Under the pieces are notes generated by a model that searched no databases, was not told the origin of the DNA, and saw only the letters and a list, made by a program, of their open reading frames with translations. The position numbers and the translations under genes were made by a program. Shown here piece after piece: positions 1-10,832 of a stretch of 64,000 bases of DNA (positions within the stretch are counted from its first letter, which is position 1; every line of letters begins with the position of its first letter). This DNA is from Synechococcus sp. (lineage in GTDB: Bacteria; Cyanobacteriota; Cyanobacteriia; PCC-6307; Cyanobiaceae): positions 160,001 to 224,000 of the forward strand of contig JBJBCN010000003.1 in assembly GCA_047285805.1 (NCBI GenBank). The letters run 5' to 3'.

Positions 1-1125
1 TTGGCCCCCGCAAATGACAGCACCCTGCCGGCCGGCCCCTGGACGCTGAAGCTCAAGGTTCAGGACTGGCCTCTCTATGCGGACGAGACCAATGGGCTCG
101 GTCCCCACCTGGTCCTCCAGCTGGATGATCAGCAGCCCCGACGGATCAGCAGCAGCGCCGAGGCTGAAGCCATCACCATGCCTGAGCTCAGTCCTGGCAG
201 CCATCGCCTGACGGTCTTCGCCGCCCGACCTTGGGGAGAGGTGGTCAAAGCACCAGGCGCCAGCCAGCAATTGCGCCTGCACCGCGTCGCCCGCAACCCC
301 TCCCAACTCCCAGGCTCCGGCTCACCGCAACTGATTGCGGCAAGTCCATCAGACCTCCAGCACAGCGAACCCGTCCTGATCGACTGGCTCCTGATCGATG
401 CGCCGCTTCAGCACCTTCGCGATGACGACTCCCGTTGGCGTCTGCGGGTCAGCGTGAATGGCGACAGCTTCCTCGTCGATCGGCAAACCCCCCTCTGGCT
501 CAAGGGCCTCAAGCGAGGCAGCAACGCCGTTCAGCTGGAGCTGCTGGATGGCCGAGGAGATCCCTTAAACCCACTCTTTAACAGTGTTGTTCGCGAAGTC
601 GTCATCGACGCAAGCAACAGGCCCAGCTGGCAGCAGACCCATCTGAATGCGGAGAGCCTGGCCGCGCTCAGTGGCACCCCGGCCCATGAGACCGAGTCAG
701 ATCCAGCAGAGCTTAACGAGGACATCGCCCCAGAGCCGGCCCCGCGGGAGCCAGCGGAACCCCAAGCGAGTGAACCCGCGCCTGAAACGGCACCGGTAAC
801 TCCCGCCCTGGAGGTCCCGTCTGAAGTCGCTCAGCCGGCAACCAGCCCGGAGAAGAGCGAAGAGCCTCAACACGCGGCCGCAATCCCAACTTCCGAGCCG
901 GAGCCGGAGACCACCCCAGTCGCCAAGCCCACTCCAGAATCGGCACCTCAGCCAGCACCCGTGGCCGCACCAGCTCCAGTGCCCCCTGCAAGCCCTGATG
1001 AGCGGATGGCTCCCACCAGTCGTCTGGGGGGATCGGCCCGTGACTTGGTCAGCAGCGATGGCTCCTTGATCGAAGCCCAGCCCAAGGGCCCCTTCGCCGG
1101 CCTGAAGGCGAAGCTGGGTGGATGA
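1..1125 (+). CDS. Conserved cyanobacterial hypothetical protein with Pro/Glu/Ala-rich C-terminal region (probably 5'-truncated)
   Basis: Open frame from the window edge; globular beta-rich part followed by a PAPE-rich low-complexity tail; stop overlaps the ATG of the next gene (ATGA). Confidence 0.75.
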   Translation: MAPANDSTLPAGPWTLKLKVQDWPLYADETNGLGPHLVLQLDDQQPRRISSSAEAEAITMPELSPGSHRLTVFAARPWGEVVKAPGASQQLRLHRVARNPSQLPGSGSPQLIAASPSDLQHSEPVLIDWLLIDAPLQHLRDDDSRWRLRVSVNGDSFLVDRQTPLWLKGLKRGSNAVQLELLDGRGDPLNPLFNSVVREVVIDASNRPSWQQTHLNAESLAALSGTPAHETESDPAELNEDIAPEPAPREPAEPQASEPAPETAPVTPALEVPSEVAQPATSPEKSEEPQHAAAIPTSEPEPETTPVAKPTPESAPQPAPVAAPAPVPPASPDERMAPTSRLGGSARDLVSSDGSLIEAQPKGPFAGLKAKLGG

Positions 1126-2903
1126 ACGACAGCCTGATTTGGGGTTTCAGCCTCAGCGCCAGCGGCCTACCACTCCTGCGACGCCTCTTGGAATCAGGTG
1201 ACATCGACCGTCTGGCCAGCCCGGCCGAAGGAAACCACTGGGGCCGTGGGGAGCTGCAGACCCTGGTGGAGGCCAACTGGAGCACCAGTCGTGCCTTTGT
1301 GGCCGTGGGGGCCTGCGGCGCCATCACACGCCTGATCGGCTCTTACCTCGAGGACAAAGCCAGCGATCCAGCCGTCGTTGTCCTCGATCCCCACGGGCGC
1401 TTTGCGGTTCCCTTACTCGGGGGCCACGGGGCCGGTGGCGAGGCTCTCGCCCAAACCCTGGCGTCCCGCTGCCAAGGCACGGCGGTGGTCACGGGAGCCG
1501 CCCACGGCGAAGGCCGGGTCGCCCTGGACAGCTTTGGTCTGGCCTGGGGCTGGAGACGCAACGGCGGCCCCTGGGACACCCTGATGAAGGCGATGGCCCG
1601 CGGCGAAGCTCTGACCAGCCGGCACCTAGAGGGCAATCCCCGTTGGCAAGAGCTGCCGGGCCTGGCCCCAGGGGAAGAGCACGCCAACCCCTCACTCTCG
1701 GTGGGCATTGGAGAGGACCAGGACTGCCGATGGCACCCCCCCAGCGTCTGGCTGGGCATGGGCTGCGAGCGCAACACAAGCCTCAGCCTGCTCGAGCGCT
1801 CCTGCGACAGCTTAATCGCGCATCACCAGATCGCACCGGAGGCGATCGCCGGCTTGGCCAGTGCCGATCGCAAGGCCGATGAAGCGGCGCTGCTGGAGCT
1901 GGCCGAGCGTCGAGGCTGGCCCCTGCGGTGCTTCAGCGCGGAACGCTTGGCCCTGGTGGCTGTGCCCAATCCATCGGCGGTGGTTGCCGCGGAACTAGGA
2001 ACGGCCAGTGTGGCGGAAGCCTCAGCCCTACTCGCCGCTGGTCCCGAGGCAACGCTGCTGGCCGAAAAACAGATCACCCGCGCCGAAACTGGGGAACAGG
2101 GGGCCGCGACCGCCTCTCTTGCCCTGGCTGCCAGCCAGTGGGCTCCCCATCGCGGCCATCTCCATCTGATTGGCGCTGGACCAGGACGGCTGGACCTCCT
2201 CACCCCGGACGCCAAAGCAGCCCTCAGCCAAAGCTGCGTCTGGGTTGGCTATGGCCTCTATCTCGATTTGCTGGAACCGCTGCGTCGGCCGGATCAACTG
2301 CGCAGTGATGGACAACTCACGCAGGAACGCGAGCGTTGCAAGGAAGCGCTACGCCTGGCCTGCGAAGGCCAGACCGTGTCCCTGATCTCCTCCGGTGACA
2401 GCGGCATCTACGGCATGGCCGGCCTGGCCCTAGAGCTGTGGGTCGAGCTGGATCCCGACGATCGCCCCAGCTTCGAGGTGCACCCAGGCCTCTCCGCACT
2501 CCAGGTCGCCGCGGCCCGGGCAGGGGCGCCACTCATGCACGACTTCTGCACGATCAGCCTGAGCGACCGGCTGACGCCCTGGGAAGTCATCGAAAAGCGC
2601 CTCGAAGCCGCCGCCGCCGGGGACTTTGTCGTGGCCCTCTACAACCCCCGCTCTAAAGGACGGGATTGGCAACTGGAGCGCGCTCAACAGCTCTTGCTCT
2701 GCGGCAGACCAGAAAACACCCCGGTCGTGCTGGCGCGCCAACTGGGCCGCCCCGAGGAGCAGGTCTGCCTGCACCTGCTGGGCAGTCTCCCCATTGAGGA
2801 AGTGGACATGCTCACCCTGGTGCTGGTGGGCAACAGCACAAGCCGCACCGAGTCGGGCCGGATGGTAACCCCGCGGGGATATCCAGGCGCTGAGCTGCAA
2901 TAA
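1122..2903 (+). CDS. cobJ: Bifunctional CbiG / precorrin-3B C17-methyltransferase
   Basis: N-terminal CbiG motifs (DPAVVVLD, GGHGAGG, GMGCER, SVAEA); C-terminal methyltransferase motifs (GAGPG, SSGDSGIYGMAG, APLMHDFCTISLSD, TPRGY). Confidence 0.93.
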   Translation: MNDSLIWGFSLSASGLPLLRRLLESGDIDRLASPAEGNHWGRGELQTLVEANWSTSRAFVAVGACGAITRLIGSYLEDKASDPAVVVLDPHGRFAVPLLGGHGAGGEALAQTLASRCQGTAVVTGAAHGEGRVALDSFGLAWGWRRNGGPWDTLMKAMARGEALTSRHLEGNPRWQELPGLAPGEEHANPSLSVGIGEDQDCRWHPPSVWLGMGCERNTSLSLLERSCDSLIAHHQIAPEAIAGLASADRKADEAALLELAERRGWPLRCFSAERLALVAVPNPSAVVAAELGTASVAEASALLAAGPEATLLAEKQITRAETGEQGAATASLALAASQWAPHRGHLHLIGAGPGRLDLLTPDAKAALSQSCVWVGYGLYLDLLEPLRRPDQLRSDGQLTQERERCKEALRLACEGQTVSLISSGDSGIYGMAGLALELWVELDPDDRPSFEVHPGLSALQVAAARAGAPLMHDFCTISLSDRLTPWEVIEKRLEAAAAGDFVVALYNPRSKGRDWQLERAQQLLLCGRPENTPVVLARQLGRPEEQVCLHLLGSLPIEEVDMLTLVLVGNSTSRTESGRMVTPRGYPGAELQ

Positions 2904-2906
2904 GAA

Positions 2907-2980
2907 TCGGGATGACAGGATTCGAACCTGCGGCCCCTTCGTCCCGAACGAAGTGCGCTACCAAGCTGCGCTACATCCCG
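2907..2980 (-). tRNA. tRNA-Pro(CGG)
   Basis: Reverse complement CGGGATGTAGCGCAGCTTGGTAGCGCACTTCGTTCGGGACGAAG...GGTTCGAATCCTGTCATCCCGA forms a cloverleaf with anticodon CGG. Confidence 0.97.
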
Positions 2981-3063
2981 ATGGCCGGAGTGTAGGAGAT
3001 GGCCGCCCAGTCGCTACCTAGAGTCGATGGGCTCTTTGGTGCCTTCGGCGCACTCGCGATCCC

Positions 3064-3933
3064 TTGCTAAAACCCGACTGGCTGCGCGTGAAAGCTCCCC
3101 AGCGGGAACGGATCGGTGAAGTCGCCGATCTGCTGCTGGATCTCAAGCTCAACACCGTTTGCCAGGAAGCTAGCTGCCCCAACATCGGTGAGTGCTTCGC
3201 GGGCGGCACGGCCACCTTTTTGATCATGGGCCCCGGCTGCACCCGGGCCTGCCCCTACTGCGACATCGACTTCGACAAGAGTGTTCGAAGCCTCGATCCG
3301 ACCGAACCAGAAAGGCTGGGGGAGGCCACGGCGCGGCTGGGCCTCAAGCATGTCGTAATCACCTCGGTGAATCGCGATGACCTCAGCGATGGCGGGGCCA
3401 GCCAATTTGTGGACTGCATCGAGGCGGTGCGTCAGCGCTCTCCTGAAACCACAATCGAGCTGCTCATCCCCGATTTCTGCGGGGACTGGAACGCCCTGGC
3501 CACAGTCATGGCAGCCGGCCCCGATGTGCTGAACCACAACATCGAGACTGTGCCGAGGCTCTACAAGAAAGCACGGCCCCAGGGGATCTATGAACGGTCC
3601 TTGGAACTGCTCTTGCAGGTGCGGGAGCGGTGGCCCAAGGCCTACAGCAAATCGGGCCTGATGGTCGGCCTGGGTGAAAGCGACGAGGAGGTCATGGAGA
3701 CCCTGGTGGATCTGCGCGATCACCGGGTCGACATCGTCACCATCGGCCAATACCTCTCTCCTGGGCCGAAGCACCTGCCGGTGGATCGCTTTGTCACCCC
3801 CGAGCAGTTCGAGCGGTTCCAGCTCCATGGCGAGCAGGCGTTGGGCTTCCTGCAGGTGGTAAGCACGCCGCTGACCCGCAGCAGCTACCACGCCGGAGAG
3901 GTGCAGCGCCTAATGCAACTGCACCCGCGTTAG
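3064..3933 (+). CDS. lipA: Lipoyl synthase
   Basis: [28 protein letters not shown] radical SAM motif, RSSYHA. Confidence 0.97.
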   Translation: MLKPDWLRVKAPQRERIGEVADLLLDLKLNTVCQEASCPNIGECFAGGTATFLIMGPGCTRACPYCDIDFDKSVRSLDPTEPERLGEATARLGLKHVVITSVNRDDLSDGGASQFVDCIEAVRQRSPETTIELLIPDFCGDWNALATVMAAGPDVLNHNIETVPRLYKKARPQGIYERSLELLLQVRERWPKAYSKSGLMVGLGESDEEVMETLVDLRDHRVDIVTIGQYLSPGPKHLPVDRFVTPEQFERFQLHGEQALGFLQVVSTPLTRSSYHAGEVQRLMQLHPR

Positions 3934-4173
3934 CGCTAGGCCTCCAGCAGAAATTCAGCTTCCAGGGCTTGGGCTTGAGAGCCGTCGCCGAGGGCCTCCA
4001 GGTGCTGATTCACCAGGCTCACCGGGGCATCCAAGCGAACGAAGTGCTCAAGCAAAGCCAGGTCATCTAGCGAGCGATGAGCTGCCGGAAGGGTTGGGCG
4101 AACTCAGGAGGCATGGCTCCGTTGCGAGTGCTCGAACGCTATGGAGGCTCTCCCATTCAGGCGGTCGGGCGAG

Positions 4174-4207
4174 CCGCACAAGGGGGTCAGCCGATCCCCT
4201 TGTGCGG
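4174..4207. terminator. Strong hairpin downstream of Fd-GOGAT
   Basis: Perfect 12-bp inverted repeat CCGCACAAGGGG-N10-CCCCTTGTGCGG about 30 nt after the stop; no U-tract. Confidence 0.5.
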
Positions 4208-4239
4208 GAAGCGAAGAGAACGGGCGGGGAACCGGCGGC

Positions 4240-7200
4240 TTAAGCCGCCACGGCCTCCCGCTCGGCCAAGCCGACGTTGGCCTTCTCGCTGGGGGGGACC
4301 AGCACCTTGAAGCGCAGCTTCCAGCTCGACCAATCCGCCAGGATCGTGGCGGCCTTGGTGCTGCCCGTGGCGGAGACATGAGCCTCCAGCAAGGGTTTGA
4401 GCAGGGCCTCCTGCTCGGGGGTGCTGAGGGCACAGATCTCGACGATCTCTGGATTCACTCGATCGCGCAGACCACCAGTCTCATCCAGAACAAAGGTGAC
4501 CCCTCCGGTCATGCCGGCGCCCACGTTGCGGCCGGTGCTGCCCAGTACCACGACAACACCGCCAGTCATGTACTCGCAGCAGTGATCGCCGGCGCCTTCC
4601 ACAACGGTCTTGGCACCACTGTTCCGAACAGCGAAGCGTTCGCCGGCGCGGCCAAGGGCGAAGAGCTCACCGCCGGTGGCGCCATAGAGGCAAGTGTTCC
4701 CGAGGATCACCTGGGAGCCGGGGGCGTTACCGCCCGCAGGGGGAACGACTGTGAGGCGGCCACCATTGATGCCCTTGCCGACGTAGTCGTTGGCTTCGCC
4801 CACCAGGCGCACATTCATGCCTTGAACGGTGAAGGCACCGAAGCTCTGACCAGCAGCACCCTCATAGATGAGGTCGAGCTGGCCCTTGAAGCCACTGTTG
4901 CCATGGCGCGCAGCGATCTCACCACCAAGACGGGCGCAGACGCTGCGATCGGTGTTGATGATCGGCAGTGTTCGGGCCAGCTGGCCGTGGTTCTCAATGG
5001 TCGCAATCAGCTCGGCGTCAGCCAGCAGCTGGTCTTCCAGGATTACGCCGTTGCCATGGGCCACCTCGGCGTGGCGCAACCAGGCGCGGTCAGCCGCCTG
5101 AGGGATGGGATCCAACAGGCAGGAGAGGTCGAGGGCCTTGGTTTTGGCCAACTGCACGTCGCGGGGCTTGAGCAGATCCGAGCGGCCGATCAGGTCGTCC
5201 AGGCGAGCCACGCCGAGGACGCTCATCAGCTGACGCACCTCCTCCGCCACAAACAGGAAGAAGTTGACCACCTGCTCTGGCAGTCCGGTGAAGCGCTTGC
5301 GCAGGGCTTCCTTCTGGGTGGCCACCCCGACAGGGCAGTTATTGGTGTGGCAAACGCGGGCCATGATGCAGCCCTCGGCGATCATCGCGATCGACCCGAA
5401 GCCGTATTCCTCTGCACCCAGCAGAGCCGCAATCACCACATCCCAACCAGTCTTGAGGCCGCCGTCGGCCCGCAGCAGGACGCGATCGCGCAGGCCGTTC
5501 TCCAGCAAGGCCCTGTGCACCTCAGTCAGGCCGAGTTCCCAGGGACCGCCGGCGTGCTTGATCGAGCTCAGGGGCGAAGCGCCGGTGCCGCCGTCATGGC
5601 CAGAGATCTGGATGACATCCGCGTTGGCCTTGGCCACACCAGCCGCAATGGTGCCGATGCCGATCTCGGCCACCAGCTTCACGCTCACCTTGGCGGCGGG
5701 GTGCACCTGGTGCAGGTCATGGATGAGCTGCGCGAGGTCCTCGATCGAATAGATGTCGTGGTGGGGCGGAGGTGAGATCAACGCCACCCCAGGCTTGCTG
5801 TTGCGCAACCAGGCGATGTAGGGGTCAACCTTTGGACCCGGTAGCTGGCCGCCTTCACCGGGCTTGGCGCCCTGGGCGACCTTGATCTCCAGTTGCTTGC
5901 CACTGCGCAGGTATTCCGGGGTGACCCCGAAGCGACCCGAAGCGATCTGCTTAATCGCCGAACAGGCCGTGTCGCCATTGCGGAGGCCCTTGATCGAGGG
6001 CAGGGTGGCCGAGAGGCCCTCCGCATTCACGTCGTCCAGGACGTTGAAGCGGGCCGGATCCTCACCTCCCTCACCGCTGTTGCTCTTGCCGCCGATGCGG
6101 TTCATGGCCACAGCGAGCACCTCGTGGGCTTCGCGGGAGAGTGCACCGAGGCTCATGCCGCCGGTGCAGAAGCGCTCACAGATGCTCTCAATGCTCTCGA
6201 CCTGGTCGAGGGGCAGGGGCATAGCGGCTGGCTGCAGTTCCAGCAAGTCCCGCAAGGCCGTCACCGGACGGTTCTCCACCAGGGTCTTGTAGGTGGAGAA
6301 ATGGTCGTAACCAGGGCCCTGCTTGATCGCGGCGTGGAGCGCCTTCGTCATCTCTGGGCTGTTGAGGTGGTACTCACCACCCGTGCGGTACTGCACAAAG
6401 CCCATGAACTCGAGCTTGGTGCGGTTCAGCTCTGGGAAAGCCTTGGCATGGAAGGTCAAGGTCTCGCTCGCCAATTCCTCCAGGCTCAGGCCTGCCACCC
6501 GACTGGTGGTCCCCTTGAAGGCGCGCTCAATCAGATCCGCACCAACGCCGATCGCCTCAAAAATTTGGGCGCCGTGATAGCTGGCCAAAAGCGAAATTCC
6601 GATCTTGGAAAGGATCTTGCGGAGACCGTCTTCCAGGGCCTTGCGCACATTGGCTTGGACCTGATCCGGGGTCAGGGCCGGGAGCTTGCCACGCTCGATC
6701 AGTTTCTGGGTCTTGGGATGGGCCAGCCAATGGCGGGTGGTCTCCCAAGTCAGCCAGGGGCAGACCGCGCTGGCTCCGTAGCCAATTAGACAGGCCAGAT
6801 GGTGGGTGCTCCAGCACTGGGCGGTCTCCACCACCAGGGAGGTCTGCAGCCGCAACCCCTGCTTCAAGAGGTGGTGGTGAACCGCACCAACCGCCAACAA
6901 CGGCGGGATGTAGGAGGTGGTGGCGGTGATGCCGCGGTCGGAGAGCACCAGAATCTGGCTGCCGTTGCGCACGGCGGCTTCCGCGTCGTTGCAGAGCTGG
7001 GAGAGCACCGCCTGAAGGCCCGCCGGTCCACCGCTGATCGGCATCAGGGTCGAGAGGGTGCGGCTGGCAATGCCCTGTTGGGTGGTAGCCGCCAGCTCAG
7101 CCTCATTGAGGATCGGGCTGTTGAGGTGCAAGACCGCTGCCGCTGAGGCCTCCGGCTTGAGCGGAGACCCCCGCCTACCGAGATGCATCTCCAGGCTCAT

Positions 7201-8823
7201 CACCAACTTCTCCCGCAAGGGATCAATCGGCGGGTTGGTGACCTGGGCGAAGCGCTGTTTGAAGTAGTCGTACAGCAGGTGGGGCTTATCGGAGAGCACC
7301 GCCAAGGGGATGTCATCACCCATGCAGTACGTGGGCTCCTTGGCCGCACCCGCCATGTCCTCGATAACCAGATCGAAGTCCTCAGCAGTGAAGCCGAAGG
7401 CGGTTTGCTGCTGCAGCAGTTCAAGATCCGCCAGCTGACGCTCCTGGGTCCAGGGCAGGGGGCCCAAGCTTCGGCGATGTTCCGCGAGCCACTGGACATA
7501 GGGATGACGGGACGCCACCTCCTGCTTCACATCCCAGTTGTGCAGCAGACGACCCTTCTCGAGGTCGACCGCCAACATCTGGCCAGGGCCGAGGCGCCCC
7601 TTCTCGATGATCTGGCATTCCTCGAGCTCCACCACGCCGGTCTCGGAACCCATCACCACAAAACCATCGCTGGTGATGCAGTAGCGGGCAGGGCGCAGAC
7701 CGTTGCGGTCCAGGGTCGCGCCAACGCTGCGGCCATCGGCAAAGACCAGCAGTGCCGGTCCGTCCCAGGGTTCCTGGGTGCAGGCCGAATACTCGTAGAA
7801 GGCGGTGACCTCGGGCTTATCGGCCAGGGCCGGCTGATCGCGGAAGGCCTCCGGCACCAGGGTGAGCAGGCTCTCGGTGATCGGGCGGCCGCTGCGAACC
7901 AGCAGCTCCAAGGTGGCGTCGAGGTTGGCGGAGTCGCTGAAGGCGGAATTCACGACCGGCTTGAGATCCGCGGCGGAATCGCCCCAGACCTCATCGAGAT
8001 TCGCTTCGGCCGCGCGGGCCCAGTTGAGGTTCCCGAGAAGAGTATTGATCTCGCCGTTGTGGCCGAGCAAACGCATCGGCTGGGCCAGCGGCCAGCGGGG
8101 AAGGGTGTTGGTGCTGAAGCGACGGTGATAGACCGCGAAGCTCACCGCAAAACGCTCATCGCTGAGGTCGCCATAGAACGCGGAAAGGACCTCAGAGCGA
8201 ACCATGCCCTTGTAGACAACGGTCCGTCCGCTCAGGGAGGCGAAGTAGAGGTCGCTTGGGACCTTGCCCCAGACGCTGCGAGCGCGGTCACCACAACGGC
8301 GGCGCAGGCGGAACAGCAGCGCCTCAAGGGCATCACCATCGCAGTCGGCGCTGAGCAACCACTGCTCAATCACCGGAGCGGTTCCGCGGGCCAGAGGGCC
8401 TAAAACGCTGGAATCGACGGGAACGGCGCGCCAACCCAGGCTGCGCAGTCCCAAGGCCTGGGCTTCCTCATCGCACAAGGCTTTGGCCTGATCGCGATTG
8501 CCGGCCTCGGCAGGCAAAAACACCATGCCCAAGCCGCGGGTGGCCGTGGACGCAGCTGCGGCCTCAGGCCAGACCGATTCGAGATACGACCAAGGGATGC
8601 CGCAAAGCACGCCGGCACCATCGCCGGAGTCACCGTCGCCGCCGCAGCCACCGCGGTGCTCCATGCAGTCCAGGCCGCGCAGGGCCTGCTTCAGCACCCA
8701 ATGGCTGGCCTCACCTTTGAGGTTCGCCAGAAAGCCAACGCCACAGGCGTCCTTTTCGCCAGCCACCTCGAACGGAGCGGGGCTGTCGCAATGGGGCCAA
8801 ACAGGACGAGAAGACAGCGGCAT
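4240..8823 (-). CDS. glsF: Ferredoxin-dependent glutamate synthase (Fd-GOGAT)
   Basis: 1527 aa; DACGVGF amidotransferase start, HNGEINT, IKQIASGRFGV, QGAKPGEGGQLPG, CIMARVCHTNNCP. Confidence 0.97.
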   Translation of the reverse strand: MPLSSRPVWPHCDSPAPFEVAGEKDACGVGFLANLKGEASHWVLKQALRGLDCMEHRGGCGGDGDSGDGAGVLCGIPWSYLESVWPEAAAASTATRGLGMVFLPAEAGNRDQAKALCDEEAQALGLRSLGWRAVPVDSSVLGPLARGTAPVIEQWLLSADCDGDALEALLFRLRRRCGDRARSVWGKVPSDLYFASLSGRTVVYKGMVRSEVLSAFYGDLSDERFAVSFAVYHRRFSTNTLPRWPLAQPMRLLGHNGEINTLLGNLNWARAAEANLDEVWGDSAADLKPVVNSAFSDSANLDATLELLVRSGRPITESLLTLVPEAFRDQPALADKPEVTAFYEYSACTQEPWDGPALLVFADGRSVGATLDRNGLRPARYCITSDGFVVMGSETGVVELEECQIIEKGRLGPGQMLAVDLEKGRLLHNWDVKQEVASRHPYVQWLAEHRRSLGPLPWTQERQLADLELLQQQTAFGFTAEDFDLVIEDMAGAAKEPTYCMGDDIPLAVLSDKPHLLYDYFKQRFAQVTNPPIDPLREKLVMSLEMHLGRRGSPLKPEASAAAVLHLNSPILNEAELAATTQQGIASRTLSTLMPISGGPAGLQAVLSQLCNDAEAAVRNGSQILVLSDRGITATTSYIPPLLAVGAVHHHLLKQGLRLQTSLVVETAQCWSTHHLACLIGYGASAVCPWLTWETTRHWLAHPKTQKLIERGKLPALTPDQVQANVRKALEDGLRKILSKIGISLLASYHGAQIFEAIGVGADLIERAFKGTTSRVAGLSLEELASETLTFHAKAFPELNRTKLEFMGFVQYRTGGEYHLNSPEMTKALHAAIKQGPGYDHFSTYKTLVENRPVTALRDLLELQPAAMPLPLDQVESIESICERFCTGGMSLGALSREAHEVLAVAMNRIGGKSNSGEGGEDPARFNVLDDVNAEGLSATLPSIKGLRNGDTACSAIKQIASGRFGVTPEYLRSGKQLEIKVAQGAKPGEGGQLPGPKVDPYIAWLRNSKPGVALISPPPHHDIYSIEDLAQLIHDLHQVHPAAKVSVKLVAEIGIGTIAAGVAKANADVIQISGHDGGTGASPLSSIKHAGGPWELGLTEVHRALLENGLRDRVLLRADGGLKTGWDVVIAALLGAEEYGFGSIAMIAEGCIMARVCHTNNCPVGVATQKEALRKRFTGLPEQVVNFFLFVAEEVRQLMSVLGVARLDDLIGRSDLLKPRDVQLAKTKALDLSCLLDPIPQAADRAWLRHAEVAHGNGVILEDQLLADAELIATIENHGQLARTLPIINTDRSVCARLGGEIAARHGNSGFKGQLDLIYEGAAGQSFGAFTVQGMNVRLVGEANDYVGKGINGGRLTVVPPAGGNAPGSQVILGNTCLYGATGGELFALGRAGERFAVRNSGAKTVVEGAGDHCCEYMTGGVVVVLGSTGRNVGAGMTGGVTFVLDETGGLRDRVNPEIVEICALSTPEQEALLKPLLEAHVSATGSTKAATILADWSSWKLRFKVLVPPSEKANVGLAEREAVAA

Positions 8824-9046
8824 AGCCCAGCGACAACAGGTCTATCGGTAGTAGCGAAGCAGCCGGGTCGACGGCCTGGTCTGAAGGACTTCAGTCCCAC
8901 CGAACCAAATTGAAGACGACGAATCGCCCTAAACCTCGGTCCCGCTGCGAGCTTCTGAATCTAAAAGCTGGACCACCTGCAACTCAAGGAAGTGCTGGCG
9001 GACGGACGCCAGCTAGCTAGCGTTTCTAGACCCAACGGGCTGCTTA

Positions 9047-10801
9047 ATGGCTTTTGCGCCCGTTCTGGCAGCCCTCCATCCAGGGATTCCGCTTCTCCCG
9101 CCGCCGCCGCTTCCCGCCGAGGAAAGGCCGATTCGCCAAGCGGAAGGATCCCTGGTTCGATCCAACGGGCTGAGCCAACCGGCCCGCTGGCGCATCGAGC
9201 AAGGTGAACTCTGGCTCACCCTGGAATTTCTCGAACAGCAACTCGGGGTCCAGCACTCCAGCGGCGAGAGAGGCAGCCTGCAGCTGGAGTGGTTTGGCAC
9301 CGAGATCAGCCTTTCCTCCAGGCGGCAACAGTCCCTCGGGGATGAAGTGGCCGTTCCGGTCTCAGACCTGATGCGCCGGGTGGGCGTCCGCTTTGCGCCC
9401 TTTGGGAAAAAGGAACTGAGCCTGGAGCTGCCGGCCGGACCACTTCAGGCGGTCCGCGCCCGGAACAACGGCATTAGCGGCAAGCGGGTGGTCCTGGACC
9501 TGAGCGCCCCAGCCCTGGTGAGCAGCGACGATGGCGAACTGGCCATCAGCGCTGAGACCAACCGCGAGCAGCTGCAGCAACTGTCCCGACTGGGGCTGAA
9601 GCCTCGCCAGGAAAAGGGCTGGTTGCGGCTGACAGCAGAAGGGGAATACCTCACCCTGGGACGCCCCTGGCGCCTGGTGCTTGACCTACCGAGCGACTCC
9701 GCCCTCACCAGCCTCAATCGACCCAGCAGCAACACCCAGAACACAATGCTGGCGGCGCTGCAGCGCCAGGGATTGGTCCTCAATCGCAGGGTGGGGCGCA
9801 TCGGCAACCGCCAGGTCCTGATCAACAGCGTCCAGCTCGACCCCCGCCGGGTCCCCGTCGATCTCCGCCCCCTGAACCGCGCCAGCGGGATGAAGGGCCT
9901 GAGCAGCCTCAGTCAGCTGGCCCGCAACGAATCCGCCTTGATTGCAATCAATGGAGGGTTCTTCAACCGCGTCAACCGGCTTCCCTTGGGGGCGCTGAAG
10001 GACAACGGACAGTGGCTGTCCGGGCCGATCCTGAACCGGGGGGCCGTGGGCTGGGGCGATGGCGAGCTTCCGCAATTCGATCGCCTGAGGCTTCAGGAAA
10101 CCGTGGTCGATCAACGCCAACAACGCTGGGCACTGTCGAGCCTCAATAGCGGCTTCGTGCAGAAGGGGGTGGCGCGCTACACCGAAGCCTGGGGACCGCG
10201 CTATCAACCCTTGACCGGGAAAGAGCAGGGCTTCGTGGTCCGCGATGGCGTCATCCAACACCGCATCGAAGCCATTCCCCAACCCGGGGTGCCGCTGCGT
10301 GCCGGAGACATGCTCCTGGTAACGCGCGGCGGCATCAAGGCCGACTGGCAGCCGGGGGAGCGTCTGGTCGTCAGTAGCCGCTCAACGTCCGTGGTCGGCG
10401 ACAAGCCCTATGTTGTGGGCGGCGGGCCTCTGCTGTTGCGCTCGGGACTGGTGGCCCTCAATGGCCAGGCGGAAGGTTTCAGCCTGGGCTTCATCCGCCA
10501 GGGGGCGCCTCGCACCGTGATCGCGAGCGATGGACGGCAGCTCTGGCTGATCACCCTGCAAGGGGTGAACAACGCCGGACCGACCTTAATGGAGACCGCC
10601 TTGCTGCTGAAGCAAAATGGCCTAAAGGAGGCCCTGAACCTTGACGGCGGCAGCTCCACTGGCCTGGTCCTTGCGGACGTGCAGACCGTGAAAGGTCGCG
10701 GGATTGCCGGATCAGTCCATAACGGCATCGGTCTGATCCCCCGCGTCCCCATGCCGATGCAGAACCGCCCACCCGCACGGCTGGCCTCAAGCCCGCCCTG
10801 A
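9047..10801 (+). CDS. Phosphodiester glycosidase (NAGPA) family protein
   Basis: AINGGFF, GGGPLL, APRT, ALNLDGGSST motifs. Confidence 0.85.
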   Translation: MAFAPVLAALHPGIPLLPPPPLPAEERPIRQAEGSLVRSNGLSQPARWRIEQGELWLTLEFLEQQLGVQHSSGERGSLQLEWFGTEISLSSRRQQSLGDEVAVPVSDLMRRVGVRFAPFGKKELSLELPAGPLQAVRARNNGISGKRVVLDLSAPALVSSDDGELAISAETNREQLQQLSRLGLKPRQEKGWLRLTAEGEYLTLGRPWRLVLDLPSDSALTSLNRPSSNTQNTMLAALQRQGLVLNRRVGRIGNRQVLINSVQLDPRRVPVDLRPLNRASGMKGLSSLSQLARNESALIAINGGFFNRVNRLPLGALKDNGQWLSGPILNRGAVGWGDGELPQFDRLRLQETVVDQRQQRWALSSLNSGFVQKGVARYTEAWGPRYQPLTGKEQGFVVRDGVIQHRIEAIPQPGVPLRAGDMLLVTRGGIKADWQPGERLVVSSRSTSVVGDKPYVVGGGPLLLRSGLVALNGQAEGFSLGFIRQGAPRTVIASDGRQLWLITLQGVNNAGPTLMETALLLKQNGLKEALNLDGGSSTGLVLADVQTVKGRGIAGSVHNGIGLIPRVPMPMQNRPPARLASSPP

Positions 10802-10832
10802 CACACTGGGTAGACCCAGCCATTCATTTGCC

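Noticed and set aside
690..1000. Pro/Glu/Ala-rich quasi-repeats in the first ORF
   Set aside because: Protein-level low complexity without exact DNA repeat units; an ordinary disordered linker
4115..4239. Possible glutamine riboswitch (glnA or Downstream-peptide type) near glutamate synthase
   Set aside because: It lies downstream of glsF, and I could not match the conserved riboswitch core; only a plain hairpin is supported
4141..8403. Long plus-strand ORFs (4141-5775, 5893-6789, 7183-8403) opposite glsF
   Set aside because: Antisense shadows of a high-GC, strongly codon-biased gene; no recognisable motifs
8824..9046. NtcA box upstream of glsF
   Set aside because: No GTA-N8-TAC found by eye in the intergenic region
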